Assembly (NCBI RefSeq): GCF_964194155.1
Contig: NC_135910.1
Coordinates: forward strand, 16,616,001 to 16,680,000
Source: Cetorhinus maximus
Lineage: Eukaryota
DNA: 64,000 nucleotides
Reading direction: 5' to 3'
Part shown: in pieces, positions 1-12,259 of the stretch
How positions within the stretch are numbered: position 1 is the first letter of the stretch
Layout: every line of letters starts with the position of its first letter
Notes under the pieces: model-generated
Told to the model about the DNA's origin: nothing
Database searches by the model: none
Seen by the model: the letters and a program-made list of their open reading frames with translations, nothing else
Position numbers and translations under genes: made by a program

Positions 1-251
1 AGGGGCAAGTGGGTTTCAGCAGCTTTCGAAAGAGAGGCAAAAGGTTGGCCACTCATACATCCCCCCCAGCCTCTCATATATCCCCCCAGCAAATTCTTAT
101 ATCTGAATTGCATGGGGGCAGTTTGACAGAGCCACAAATAAAATCAAAATCACTAAATTTAAATCCCTGAAGCTTAGAGTAGAATGGAGAAAACTTTCCA
201 TGATAGCCTCAAGTTCTTTTTGGCTAATTTAACAAGGGTTAGGAAACCTAC

Positions 252-339
252 CTGTTGTCCACGAAGCTAACAGCATAGTTGACAGCTGGTCCTGCCGGAA
301 TCCCAGCATCTTTAAAAAACTGGATCCACTCCGACGTAG
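252..339 (-). CDS. C19orf47: C19orf47 homolog, coding exon 2 (88 nt); gene continues beyond the left edge
   Basis: Acceptor tttttctgctctgcag, donor gtaggt. Encodes (A)TSEWIQFFKDAGIPAGPAVNYAVSFVDN(R), matching recalled human MVSVTMATSEWIQFFKEAGIPPGPAVNYAVMFVDNR. In phase with exon 1. Confidence 0.93.
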
Positions 340-619
340 CTGCAGAGCAGAAAAAGCTTTTAGTCTTAAAAGGGAGGACAGCAATCCTGAACATAACTAG
401 GCCAGGTTTAACTGGCAATTGTCAAACTGGCTGATACTGCAGAGCGAGTTCTTTTGGCCGTGTGGGGAGAAATACCTAAAATCAAACTGTATTCTGACCA
501 TTTAGGCACCAAATTATTTTGTAATGTTTCAGCACATATTCCACATCAGGTGGACTGATCACCGAATTGTTTTATCACTAAATCATGGCGCAGTGCTTCC
601 AGGGGAATCAGAGAAACAT

Positions 620-1125
620 GCAATGTAGAAACACAAGAGAGGAGGAGTAAACCATACAGCCTGTCGAGTCTACTCCATCTTCAATATAATTGTGGCTGAT
701 CTGGAGCTTGAACTCCACTTTCCCGCCCGCTCCCCATCTCCCTTGATTCAGTGAAAGGCCAGAAATCCATCCATCCCAGCCATAAATATAGTCAACGATG
801 GAGCTTTCACAACCCTCTGAGGGCAGAGAATTCCAAAGATTCACAGACCTTTGAGTAAAGAGTTTTCTCCTCACCCGAGTGCTAAACAAATTGCTCCTTA
901 TCCCGAGACTGTGCCCGTGTTTTAGATTCCCTGGCTAGCGGAAACAATCTCGCAGCGTCTGCCCTATCAAGTCCCTTCAGAATCTGGTATGTTTCAATGA
1001 GATCACTTCTCAGTCTTCTAAACTCTGGAGAATATAAGCCCAATTTACTCATCCTCTCATCAGAGGCTAACCCTCAAATCCCAGGGGCAATCTTGTGAGC
1101 CTTCACTGTACTGCCTCCAATTTTT
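620..1125 (-). mobile_element. CR1-type LINE 3' fragment
   Basis: RVRRKLFTQRSVNLWNSLP, the CR1 ORF2 terminus, plus 3' tail. Confidence 0.75.
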
Positions 1126-2224
1126 AGACTTAACATGAAGGCACTTTGAACTGTATAAAGAGAGATTAACTTGGGCTAAAGTTTGTCTTTTAATGCTCCC
1201 ATGAAGCAGCTTGAGCCATTTTGTTACGTTAAAGGTGCTATATAAATGCAAGTTGCTGTAACCAGTGATTTTAAGAGTCTGAGGCTCCCTTAGTAAAGAT
1301 GATGAATAACTAAGTCATACAAACCAAGTACATTCAGGTTCACAGATAATACTAAACAAGGAGGGCGAATGAGATCTGATAAAGCATCTGTAGATTTATA
1401 GTGCAGCCTGACAAATTTTACAGGTGGGCAGAACTCTGGCTGGTGAAATTGAATAGAGGTGGATACATGGCCTTATACATTGGAAGAAAATAACAGGACA
1501 TGTAGCTGATAAAAAATGAACGAGCTAGGGCAGGGGCTGAAGGGAGATCTGGGAATGATAGTGGACTCAGCACTGACCATGTCCAGTCATCAGAGTGACA
1601 ATAAACAAAGCAAGCCAGCATTTAAATCTGAAGCTGCACAGCATTGGTCAGGCCTGAGTATTCAGTTTCAGGCACTGAGACAAGAGAGAGACTTGCAAAC
1701 CTCAAACAGGCACAGAGATAGGTGATGAAGCTGATCCCCATTGTCAGTTCACTCAGACTCTTGAAAGGCAGCATTTGACAGTAAGGGGTGGAACCTTTAT
1801 CTATCCCTACAAAGCAAATATCATTGCAGATTTAGAATCAGGGTGGGGAGCTCTGTCAAGCAAGAATTCCTGTTCTAATAGTTCAGTCAGGGCTCAGCGT
1901 ATTTCTGGAAGTTCAAGCACTACATGATTGAGGTGTGCCAGCCATGAGGTGGGTGAAAGCTCGTCCCACAAGAGGGGTCTCGGCCAGTTAAATAGCCTGG
2001 ACTCCCAAAGGAAATTAGTGTTTTTTGTTTAACTGCCCTCCTTGCTGAGCTGAGGAAGACATGGCCAGTGCATGTCTGAGCAATCCATGCAATTTAGGGT
2101 GCAATGTGCATTAATACACTGTAAACGTGTATGTCGCACAGCAATTAGCAACAAAAAACCATGGAAAATAGTTACAATAGTGAACCAAAAGTAGATCTGT
2201 TTTAGCGTATGAACGTACATACAA

Positions 2225-2645
2225 ACACGAATTAGGAGCAAGGGTAGGCCACGTGGCCCCTTGAGCCTGCACTGCCATTATGATTCTAACTTCAACACCA
2301 CATTCCCACCTACCCCAAATAGTCTTTCACCCCCTGGCTTACCAAGAATCTATCTGGCTCTGCCTTAAAAATATTCAAAGACTCTGCTTCCTCCATCTTT
2401 TGAGGAAGAGAGTTCCAAAGGGTCACTACCCTCAAAGAAAAAAATTCTCATCTCTGTATTAAATAGATGACCCCTTATTTTTAAACAATGACCCCCTTAG
2501 TTCTAGATTCTATCACAAGAGGAATCATCCTTTCCTCATCCAACCTGTCAAGATCTCTAGGGTCTTATATGTTTCAATCGAGTCGCCTCTTACTCTTCTA
2601 AGCTCCAGTCGATACAAGCCAAGCCTGTCCAACATTTCTTCATAA
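2225..2645 (-). mobile_element. CR1-type LINE 3' fragment
   Basis: Reverse strand reads LDRLGLYRLELRRVRG; same tail as the 26480-27880 copy. Confidence 0.7.
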
Positions 2646-3172
2646 AAAACAATTATTTAGCAGGCGAATCTTAGTTATGCAGCAGGGCCTCAGGAAATAT
2701 TAAAAGGGAAGCCTATGCTGCACACAACCTTTTAAGATCTGACCCGATTTTCCATGTGATTTTGAGAAGATGGTTTTTCAATTTCAGCAACAGTTGCAAT
2801 TCTGCTGTGACGTAATCAACAGCTCGATCTCCGACATTTAGTAACTGAAGGTCAAAGGGACAACTGGGGCTCAGAAACAAGTGGTGTGACCAAAATAGCA
2901 CCATTCGCATAACTGTGAGAGCAGACTACAAAACAGATCAGCTTGCAAGCTCGAGGTTGATTTTTCTTTCAAACATCATCAACACATCATTGCAAATCAG
3001 TGGGTTTTTAAAAATTTTATTTTTTTTAAACTGTCCATCACCTTAAACATTCACTCCTACCATCACTACAATGTGTACCATCGACAAGATGCACTGCAGC
3101 AACTTGCCAAGGCTTATTCAACAGCCCTATGTCCTTTACTGCCAAGGACAAGGGCAGCAGGCGTATGGTAAC

Positions 3173-4590
3173 CGATCCTTTGTCCCCTTCACTGTCAGGG
3201 CTGACGGCCTGAAGGTGCTGGGGATATGGTTCGGAGGGACCGGGGCATGCGTTAGAAACTGGAAGGAGCGAGTGGCTATGGTGAAAAGGAAACTGGGCAT
3301 GTGGGAGCGACGCTCCCTCTCCATTGCGGGTAAGAACCTGGTCATCAGGTGTGAGGTACTCTCGCTGTTGCTGTACGTGGCGCAGGTCTGGCCCATTCCA
3401 CACTCCTGCGCGATGGCGATCACTCGAGCCATCTTCCGCTTTATCTGGAGGTCGAAAATGGATCGTGTCCGCAGGGACGCGATGTACAAGCCTCTAGATA
3501 AAGGGGGAAAAAACGTGCCCAACATCGCCCTCATACTGATGGCCACCTTTGTGTGCGGCTGCATCAAGCGGTGCGTAGACCCTCAGTACGCAAACACCAA
3601 GTGTCACTACGTGCTGAGGTTCTACCTGTCCCCGGTGTTGCGAAGGATGGGTCTGGCCACGCTGCCGCGGAACGCTCCAAGTAGTTGGACCGTGCCGTAC
3701 CACCTGTCCCTGGTGGAAAAATTTATGCAGAAAAACACCTTTGACCACAAGTCCATCAGGCAGTGGTCAGCACGTAACGTCCTAGAGGCCCTGAGGGAAA
3801 AGGAGAGGGTGGACCCTGTGGGATGGTTCCCCGAGCAGACTGTCAAAGTCATTTGGCAGAATGCCTCATCGCCAGAACTTTCCAACAAGCACCAAGACGT
3901 AGCTTGGCTGGTGGTGAGAAAGGCCCTCCCCGTCAGATCCTTCCTACACGCCAGGAGGCTCACCCCCTCCGCACGTTGCCCTCGAGGTGGCTGTGGTGGG
4001 GAAGAGACCGTTGTTCACCTCCTTGTGGATTGTGCCTTTGCAAAGAAAGTCTGGAGAGAGATGCAGTGGTTGTTGTCGAGGTTCATCCCGAGCAGTTCTG
4101 TGACACAGGACTCTGTGCTCTACGAGCTGTTCCCAGGGACACACACCGAGACAAACATCAACTGCAGCTGGAGGATCATCAACTCGGTGAAAGAGGCGCT
4201 TTGGTCCGCCCGAAACTTGTTGGTCTTCCAGCACAAAGAGTTGTCCCCGACCGATTGTTGCGGACTGGCACAATCCAAAGTCCAGGACTACGTGCTGAGG
4301 GACGCACTAAAGCTTGGGGCAGCTGCCGCAAAGGCGCAATGGGGAAGGGTCGCTGTCTAAGACCTTTCTACCACAGCGCACCGAGAGACTGGGAACTGTT
4401 TAGAGCCCCTCGGGCTGTACAGATCAAAATGAAAGGCTGTAAATGATTGTAATATTGTTTGTACTGATGCACCTGGTGATACATTTTGTAAAAGTTTAAC
4501 CTGGATTGTACCCTTGTAATGTTGTTTTTGAAATGGTTTGGAATGTGATTGAAGATATTTTATGAATAAAGTATATTTTTACAAAAAAAA
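3173..4590 (+). mobile_element. 5'-truncated Tx1-type (L1 group) non-LTR retrotransposon with poly(A) tail and 17-bp TSD
   Basis: Open ORF2 C-terminus (KVLGIWFG..., zinc-knuckle CPRGGCGGEETVVHLLVDC) to 4360. 3' end aataaagtatattttt + A-tail. TSD agcaggcgtatggtaac at 3156-3172 and 4591-4607. Confidence 0.9.
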
Positions 4591-4884
4591 AGCAGGCGTA
4601 TGGTAACACCATCAGTTCCATGTCACACACCATGCTGGTTTGGGATATATACTGACATTCCTTCAGCGCTGCTGGGTCAAAATGCTGGCAACAGCGCTGT
4701 GGGAGTACCCTCACTGCACAGACAGCAGAGGTTTAAAGTTGGGGCCTCACAACCACCTTCTCAAGGATGGTTAGGCAGGGGCAATAAAGGCTGGCTTGCC
4801 AGCAAATTCCACATGGTGTGATTGAATTTCTTTAAAAACTTAAGACTTACACAGAACTAACATTATAGAAACAGAGCAGTTGCA

Positions 4885-5290
4885 AAATCAGGAAAGGCTG
4901 AACATGAAGCTTTTCTCTAGAAAAGAGAAGGCTGAAACGTGGCCTGATGGGAACCTTTAAAATCATGAAGGACTTCGATCAAAGACGTTTCCACTTGTAG
5001 CAGAGTACAAAACTAATGGCCATAAATATAAGACAGTCATTAATAAATTCAATAGGGAATTCAGAAGAAATCTTTTACTCAGAGTGCGGTCAGAATATAG
5101 AACTCGCTACCAAATGGAGTGGAAGCGAATAGCACAGATAAGTATAAGGACAAGCTAGATAAGTATATAAAAAAGAAAGGAATAGGGTATGTTAATAGAG
5201 TGAGATGAGATAGGGATGGGAGGAGGCTTGTGCAAAGCAAAAACACCAACATGGACCAGTTGGATCAAATGGCCCATTTCTGTTTTGTAA
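4885..5290 (+). mobile_element. CR1-type LINE 3' fragment
   Basis: LFSLEKRRL...FKIMK-like remnants and CR1 tail. Confidence 0.65.
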
Positions 5291-5819
5291 ATACTATCTC
5301 TGTCTCCCTGCTTGTAGCTGCTCCTTCTAGGAGATCTGTCATCATGGTATATCACTCTCGTCTGTCTTGCACTATCCTCACACATCCACTTTAGCTCATT
5401 TGCAGCCTGTGACGTCCATCATCCAACCATACCTAGGGCAACCCCTCTTTCTGCTGCCCTCCACTTTGCCTCTGAGAGAGATCTCTGTAGTTGTAAATAT
5501 TATGTTTAAAGTGGAATGACTTCCCTCTTCAGTGGTTACCCTTTATATACCTGGTAAGTGGAATTGTTTTATTAATTAAAAACTTGTTAAGCTTCTGCTG
5601 TCCACACATGTTGTCAGTTTGACAACTGGTAACAGCAGACTAACAATCTCTCCATAAGTATCCAATGTCTGTTGCCAATCAGTAAACATATTCACTTTGA
5701 AACATGTGCTAGGAACTAGAGGAATTTCTTTCTACGACTGCTGGTTACAGTCTGGCTCAAAATTTATATTTCACCTGCTGATCACTCCTTGTTAAATTGA
5801 TTTGCGCATTTTTTGAATT

Positions 5820-6025
5820 ACCCGGGAGCTAGAGGAGCCTACAGTTCGCCGTTGCTTTCACCATGCCAACAGCTTGGCCCAATCAGAGTGAACATGCCAA
5901 CCAATCAGCACCCTTTTCTCCTATAGAGAGGCCGTTGAGATCGTTTGAAATTTGGTATTCTTGCATTTGTCCTGATGAGCGCAAGGTGAAAAGCTTCAGC
6001 AACATGTCTCTCCTTTCAGCAATAA
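5820..6025 (+). mobile_element. Short Penelope-like-derived repeat with a minimal hammerhead core
   Basis: CTGATGA(5972)...GAAA(5988)-AAGCTT-C; homologous to 12065-12255. Confidence 0.6.
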
Positions 6026-6169
6026 AAGCTATTTCTTTATATGTCACAGCAATAACAATGACAGCACTGCAGCTCAAACACCATTATCTGTTGAGCACTA
6101 ACATGCAAAGATTTATGGTGGGTGAAGATATTTAATTTCCTCAAAGAATTTTTTAAAAAAAATTCTTAA

Positions 6170-6775
6170 AATGTATTCTTTTGCAGGATGTGGCGTCGCT
6201 GGCTAGGCCAACATTTATTGCCCATCCCTAACTGTCCCTGAAAAGGTGATGGTGGTTAGCCGCCTTCATGAACCACTGTGGTCCATGTGGTGTAGCTTCA
6301 CCCACAGTGCTGTTAGGAAGGGAATTCCAGTATTTTGACCCAGTGACAGAGAAAGAATGGCAATATAGTTCCAAGTCAGGATGGTTTGTGGCGTGAAGGG
6401 GAACTTGCAGGTGATGGAGTTTCCATGCATCTGATGCCCTTGACCTTCTAGGCGGTAGAGGTCATGGGTTTGGAAGTGCTGTCGAAGGAGCCTTGGTGAG
6501 TTGCTGCAGTGCATCTTGTAGATGGTACACACTATTGCCACTGTGTGTTAAGGTGGAGGGAGTGAATTTTAAGGTGGTGGATGGACTGCCAATCAAGCAG
6601 GCTGCTTTGTTCTAGAAAGCAACAAACTTCTTGAGTGTTGTTGGAGCTGCACTCATCCAGGCAAGTCGAGAGTATTCCATTACACTCCTGACTTGTGCCT
6701 TGTAGATAGTGGACAGGCTTTGGGGAGTCAGGAGGCGAATTACTCGTCGCAGAATTCACAGCCTCTGAGCTGCTC
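6170..6775 (-). mobile_element. 3' fragment of the abundant CR1/L2-group LINE (CTIYKMHC family)
   Basis: Same sequence as copies at 20755-21510 and 59465-60290. Confidence 0.8.
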
Positions 6776-7089
6776 GGACCTAAAACGTTGTGCTGCAAAA
6801 TACTATTTATTCCCACAAGTAAAAAATGGTGAAAGGTCAGAGATGGTGGTTGCTAGTTAAAAATGTTAATGAGCCAGCTTTGCTGTTGTCTCCAATGTAT
6901 ATGAATTGTAATGGAAGGGTTTTGATCACTTTCTGGGTGGGAACAGCCAGAAAATAAAGCAGACACACAAGCCATTTGGCTTTGGGAAAACACCATTTCA
7001 CGTGCAGGCAGCAAGAAGGATGAGCACTCCCGGGAGGAGTTAGAAAATCAGTTAAGTCAAGCAAGATGACTTATTAAGCATATTTGTTA

Positions 7090-7680
7090 TTTTTATCTTC
7101 TACAGCTATCATGAAAGGAAGCTCAACAATTTTCATCTTCACTGTTTGTGGTGCCTTCTGGGCATCTAAGGATAAAATCACAAATGCAGCAGTCCTCTCA
7201 AAAGCAAATCTCCCAAATATGTTGGCAACATCAAGCAGAGGTGACTTCACTAGCTTGGCTACATTCACAGAAGGGAAGACGGTCGCATACCCATGGATTT
7301 TCTGCATGATGAGATAGCCAGAGCCAGACGACCAGTACAACGCCTAAAGTTTTGCTTCAAGGATGTTTGCAAATGTGACATGAAGGCCCTAAACATTGAT
7401 TCTCACACCTGGGGGACACTAGCTGATGACAGAGAAAAATTGTGACATCAACTGTGGGACAGCTTGTGCCACCATGATGATGATCAATGGTAATAGCAGG
7501 TTGGCAACATCCACCAACACCAACCCACAATGACCCCCGATAACCACTTCACATGTGGCACTTGTGGCAGAACCTGCTTCTCGTGGATTGGTCTCTTCAG
7601 CCATCAGCAGAAGTGCACCATATGAAGATACCACATCTTCAACAGATTTAATTTGCTGCATGTTTATCATCACACGTAAG
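7090..7680 (+). mobile_element. Degenerate RTE-clade LINE 3' fragment
   Basis: Frameshifted remnants KLNNFHLHCL, DKITNAAVLSKANLP, FKDVCKCDMKALNID, and a terminal Cys/His motif. Confidence 0.7.
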
Positions 7681-8789
7681 ATGGAAGGAAATGGACAACC
7701 ATCCAGGCAAGCTATACTGGTGGAAAATAAGTGAATCCAATCATAACTTTTGTTGAATATGTCTGGTCATTGGAAATAAAAACAGCTTGCTGATTCACAG
7801 CAAGACATCTCTCACCAAATGCAATTTGGTACACTTTCAGAGAGGTTAAAGAAATTCATGCACAAAAGGCACAAATCCCATCCAGATCACAGGGGACACA
7901 TTTGGTATATCCCTGGATTCCTATGCAAGTTGATACAGGGCAGCACGAGTCAACACCAGTTTTGAAATTTGGAAATGATCTTCAAATTACAGGCCTTAAT
8001 CAAAATGTTACCATCATTCCCGAGGCATTTGAATCAATGCAAAAGTTGTGAAACTTTTGTAAAAATCAGAAAAGTTGTGTCAGGAAAGAAAATATTACAC
8101 CCCAGTTACTGAAAGAGTTCAATTCTTTCATGTTCTATTTCAGAGCTTTGAGACTACACCTTAAACAAGAAAGAAAAATGATTTGGGTGTTTCACATACA
8201 ATGACCTACTTTCGATATGCCCTGCTGCAGCAAAATGCCACAACCAGCAATAAGATAATGATCAGTTAATCCAATTTTGGTGGGCCTGGTTCTCCAGGAC
8301 AGCAAAACTTCTTGCTCTTTTTCAAATATTGTCACAGGATCGTTTACATACACCCAATGAGGCATAGATACAGGTCATTCAGCCCCTTGAGCTTATTCCG
8401 TCATTTACTATCTTAACACCATCTTTCTACCTGCCCCAGTCCCTTAACCCTTAATACCCTTGCCTAACAAAAAATATCAGTTTAAAAATTTTGAATCAGC
8501 TTAGGTAAGTGGTATGATCTCTTTTCTAAAAGACACTATCACTGGCAATGTAACATTTTGCATTACACAGTGCCTTTAAACGTAGCAAAGTATCCCAAGC
8601 CGGCAACACGGCACAGCCTCAATACTCCTTCCCGCAACGAAGCATAAACCCATGAGTGGGGCTTGAACCCAAGATCTTCTGACTCAAATGAGCCAAGCTG
8701 CCACTTGAGCCCTACTGATAGAGAATACAGATGTGTAAAAAAAAAAGACAGATTTAGACAACATCTGATCTTAAGTTGTCCCTCTGCGC

Positions 8790-9060
8790 TTTGCAGGCCC
8801 AGATAATCAGGAGCTTTTGGTGTGATGTTGGTTGAGGAATAAATATTGGGCAGGACAACAGAAATAACTTTCTGCTCTTCTTTGAAACAAAGTGCCACAG
8901 GATCTTTTACATCCACCTGAGAGGGCAGACAAGACCTCGGTTTAACGTCTCATCTGACAGTGCGGCACCCACTCCCTCGGTACTGCACGGGGGGGAGGAT
9001 TGGCCTGGACTTTTCATTCTCAAGATGGTGAAGTGGGAATCGCCTTCTGACTCAGAGTCC
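8790..9060 (-). mobile_element. Deu-domain SINE (SacSINE1/AmnSINE-like)
   Basis: Reverse strand gatgagacgttaaaccgagg...gtaaaagatcc. Other copies at ~16595-16980(-), 19030-19410(+), 55325-55720(-), 61080-61490(+), 62000-62310(-). Confidence 0.65.
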
Positions 9061-9169
9061 AGAAATAGGGGGGTTGTCAGTCAAGAGGCAGGAGCAGCTG
9101 GTTTGAGAGTGAAACCCAGTGAATGTTTAGATTTGCTGCAATTCTCTCCCTCTCCAAATATTTAACACA

Positions 9170-9545
9170 AGAGTCTCCGGCTCCCTGGCTGGGGGTTTAC
9201 AGGGAGAGGGAGCGGGAGAGGGAGAGGGAATCTCGCCGTGGGGAAGCCACTTCCCTCACTGACCCTGCCCCAGGTGCCCGGGGCCTGAAGCTAAGGCTCC
9301 ACCCGCGGGTCGACACCAGCCCCCACCCCCTCCCTTCCGTTCCTGGGCCCTTCCCCACTCAGTGCCGAGGTCTGAACACCGCGGCCTTCGGGCTTCAGCC
9401 GGATCCTTCCTCCCTCCCCGCCCCAGGCCGGGTCCCCACGGTGCCGGCCGCTTTTCACTAACTCACCAAGAGTCACCGACACCATCTTGGCAGCGGCTCC
9501 GCGGAGCGCCTGACGTCATCTCCTGGCGCCCAGCAGGAAAAGAGC
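9170..9545 (-). promoter_or_regulatory. CpG-island promoter/first exon of C19orf47
   Basis: GC- and CpG-rich. Palindromic CRE TGACGTCA at 9511-9518; YY1-like CAAGATGG overlapping the start codon. Confidence 0.75.
9467..9485 (-). CDS. C19orf47: C19orf47 homolog, coding exon 1 (ATG at 9485; MVSVTL + 1 nt)
   Basis: CAAGATGG start context, strong donor G|gtgagt, CpG-rich region. Splicing to exon 2 gives MVSVTLATSEWIQFF. Confidence 0.9.
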
Positions 9546-10375
9546 GACTGACAGACACCCTAGTAACCAGGCCAAGCCCTAGTGACCAGACCAGACCCTA
9601 GATAACAGACAGTGACCGTAGCAACCAGACTAGACCAGGCCCTAGATAACAGACCAGTGACACTATTAACCAGACCAGGCCCTAGTAACCAGACCAGTGG
9701 CCAGGCCAGGCCCTAGATAACAGACCAGTGACTGTGTCAACCAGACCAGACCCTAGTAACCAGACCAGTGGCCAGGCCAGACCCTAGATAACAGACCAGA
9801 CCCTAGTAACCAGCTCAAGCCAGGCCCTAGTAACCAGACCAGAGGCCAGGCCAGATCCTCGATAACAGACAGTGACCGTAGCAACCAGACCAGTGGCCAG
9901 GCCAGGCCCAAGATAACAGACAGTGACCGTAGCAACCAGACCAGACCCTAGTAACCAGACCAGTGGCCAGGCCAGACCCTAGATAACAGACCAGTGACTG
10001 TAGAAACCAGACTAGACCCTAGCAACCAGACCAATGGCCAGACCCTAGATAACAGACCAGTGACACTATTAACCAGACCAGGCTCTCGAGACCAGCAGTG
10101 ACCTTTTAGCAACCAGACCAGGCCCTATATAACAGACAGTGACCATAGCAACCAGACCAGGCCCTAGCAACCAAACCAATGACCTTAGAAACCAGACAGT
10201 AAACATATGAACCAAGCCAATGAATCTAGCTACCAGACCAGTAGTTCTGAAAACCAGACCAGTGACCCTGACAACCAAGCCACGCCCTAACTTCGGTCTG
10301 GAGACCCTGGCAACTAGACGAGTGACCCCCAGCAACCCAGCCTGGTCCTAACAACAGGGTAACCAGGGACAATAA
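9546..10375. repeat. Modular minisatellite built from ACCAG/GGCCAG/CCCTAG(A)TAAC/CAGTGAC blocks
   Basis: Repeated variants of ccctagtaaccagaccagtggccaggccag and ccctagataacagaccagtgac, degenerating towards 10375. Confidence 0.9.
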
Positions 10376-11134
10376 CCGGGAACAGAAGATCATTTAGCCG
10401 TTTGAATCTTTTCTGCCATTCAATTAGATATGGCTGATCTGTATCTTAACTCCATCTGCCCACCTTAGTTCCATATCTTTTCCTTAATACACTTGCCCAA
10501 CAAAAATCTATCAATCTCAACAGCCTTTGGCAGAGTGAGTTTCAGATTTCCACAATGATGTTTGTGAAGGAAGTGTCCGATGTAACTCAAGCACTCCCTT
10601 TGCTAATTCATAATGTTGTAAGTTCAAGTCCTACTTCAGAGACTCAAAACAGGATCTTGAAGTTGTACATAATGTTCCTTAGGTAAGATGTTAATTCTGA
10701 GTCCTGTCTGTCCATTCTAGTGATTTATAGGTTACGTGGCAAATTTCAGAAAGGCTGTAACACACTCGAGCATTTGAGACAATGTCATACAATGTGTCCT
10801 ACGTAGCTAGTTTTGTGGAGCTGTCCAAACTCAGAGACAGCAACACGAGGATACAAAATTCAAATTTCAACTTTTAATGTTTAGATTTTGACTTCATTTT
10901 TAGACAAAAAGTATTGAGTTCTATGCATATTGTTTTTTTAAACTATAAATTATAATTTACCATCTTATTTGACAGGAAAAGATCCTTTTGAAGTGTACTT
11001 GTGCAGGGTTATAAAAGGATGCTATGTCTTTTCATGAAACAGCAGGTGGAATTGCAGGAATCCTTAAAATATAACTCGATTCTAAGAATACGATGAAAAT
11101 TAGATTTGACTTATTTGGTCACTGTAAGTTAATT

Positions 11135-11565
11135 TTTTAAAAATTCATTCACAGGACCTGGATGTCAGTGGCAAAGTCAGCATTTATTGCCCATCCCTAA
11201 TTGGCCTTGAGGTGGTAGTGGTGAGTCACCTTCTTGAAGCCACTGAGGGGCTTTCTAGACCATTTCAGAGGGCAGTTAAGAGTCAACTACATTGCTATGA
11301 TCTGGAGTAACAAAAAGGCCAGAACAAGGAAGGGGGCAGAGTTTCTTCCTTAAAAGGCATTAGTGAACCAGATGGGTTTTTAATGACGATCTGGTAGTTG
11401 CACAGTCACCATTACTGAGACTTGGTTTTATTAGAGATTTATTTAATTAACTGAATCTAAATTCCCTAACTGCCACGGTTGAGTTTAAACTTTTGTCTCC
11501 AAATCATTAGTCCAGGCCTCTCAATTACTGGTCCTGCAACAATAGCACTATTCTACCATTCCCAG
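11135..11565 (-). mobile_element. tRNA-derived SINE sharing its 3' tail with the CTIYKMHC LINE
   Basis: A/B-box-like head; tail ...aattagggatgggcaataaatgctg. Related copies at 13770-14145(-) and 18185-18460(-). Confidence 0.65.
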
Positions 11566-11967
11566 TAATCAGTGATCTTGACTATAGGGTCTAGAAGTCC
11601 ATTAGCATCTTATGAGGTTGGCCACCAGTTTTTTTTTAACACATAACATAGGTCATAGAACAAAACATCGAAAAGGAATCTGCAATCCTACGTAATAACA
11701 GCATTTGATCTTAATGCTCGTAATCAATGGCACTGATTATAATAACGTACACTGAGATCTTTATCTTCCAGTGATCTGCTATCTGAAAAACAATGGGGCA
11801 AACATAGAAAGATTTACAGCTCATGTCTGTGCCAGCTGTAAAAGAGCTATCCAGCTTGGTCCCACTGTCCAGCTCTTGGTCTGTAGTCCTGTAGGTTACA
11901 ACAGTTCAAAGTTTCTATCCAAGTATTTTGTATGCACTTGAAATGCCTCAATACTAATTGTTGCTTG

Positions 11968-12259
11968 GTAGTACAGAACTTGAATATTTCTGAAAAGAGA
12001 GACATGTTGCTAAAGCTCTTTGGCTTGCACGCATCAGGACAAATGCAAGAACGCCAAATTTTGGGGAGTTTGGGGAGCCTGTAGTTCCCTGTTGCTTTCT
12101 CCATGGCCACAACTCAGCCAGATTTGACTTGCCAACCAATCGGCACCCTTTCTCCTGCAGTATAAATTGTTGCGATCATTTGAAATTTGGCGTTCTTGCA
12201 CTTGTCCTGATGAGTACAAAGTTTCAGCAACGTCTCTCGTTTCAGCAACATTCAGTACT
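11968..12259. mobile_element. Penelope-like-derived repeat with an inverted terminal duplication
   Basis: 11968-12061 is the reverse complement of 12183-12259; both arms carry decayed hammerhead cores. Confidence 0.65.

Noticed and set aside
2729-2844. Exon-like segment in C19orf47 intron 1
   Set aside because: Reasonable acceptor but weak donor (gttgtg), a stop in the required phase, and no recognisable homology.
3071-4360. 429-aa ORF as a host gene
   Set aside because: It is a truncated Tx1 ORF2 bounded by a TSD and poly(A), fused to a LINE remnant.
7074-7340. Minus-strand ORF as an exon of the gene starting at 9485
   Set aside because: It is the antisense reading of an RTE LINE remnant; the true exon 2 is at 252-339.
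9546-10375. CRISPR-like array or repetitive protein gene
   Set aside because: Eukaryotic context, no unique spacers, no cas genes; the ORFs are short by-products of the repeat.
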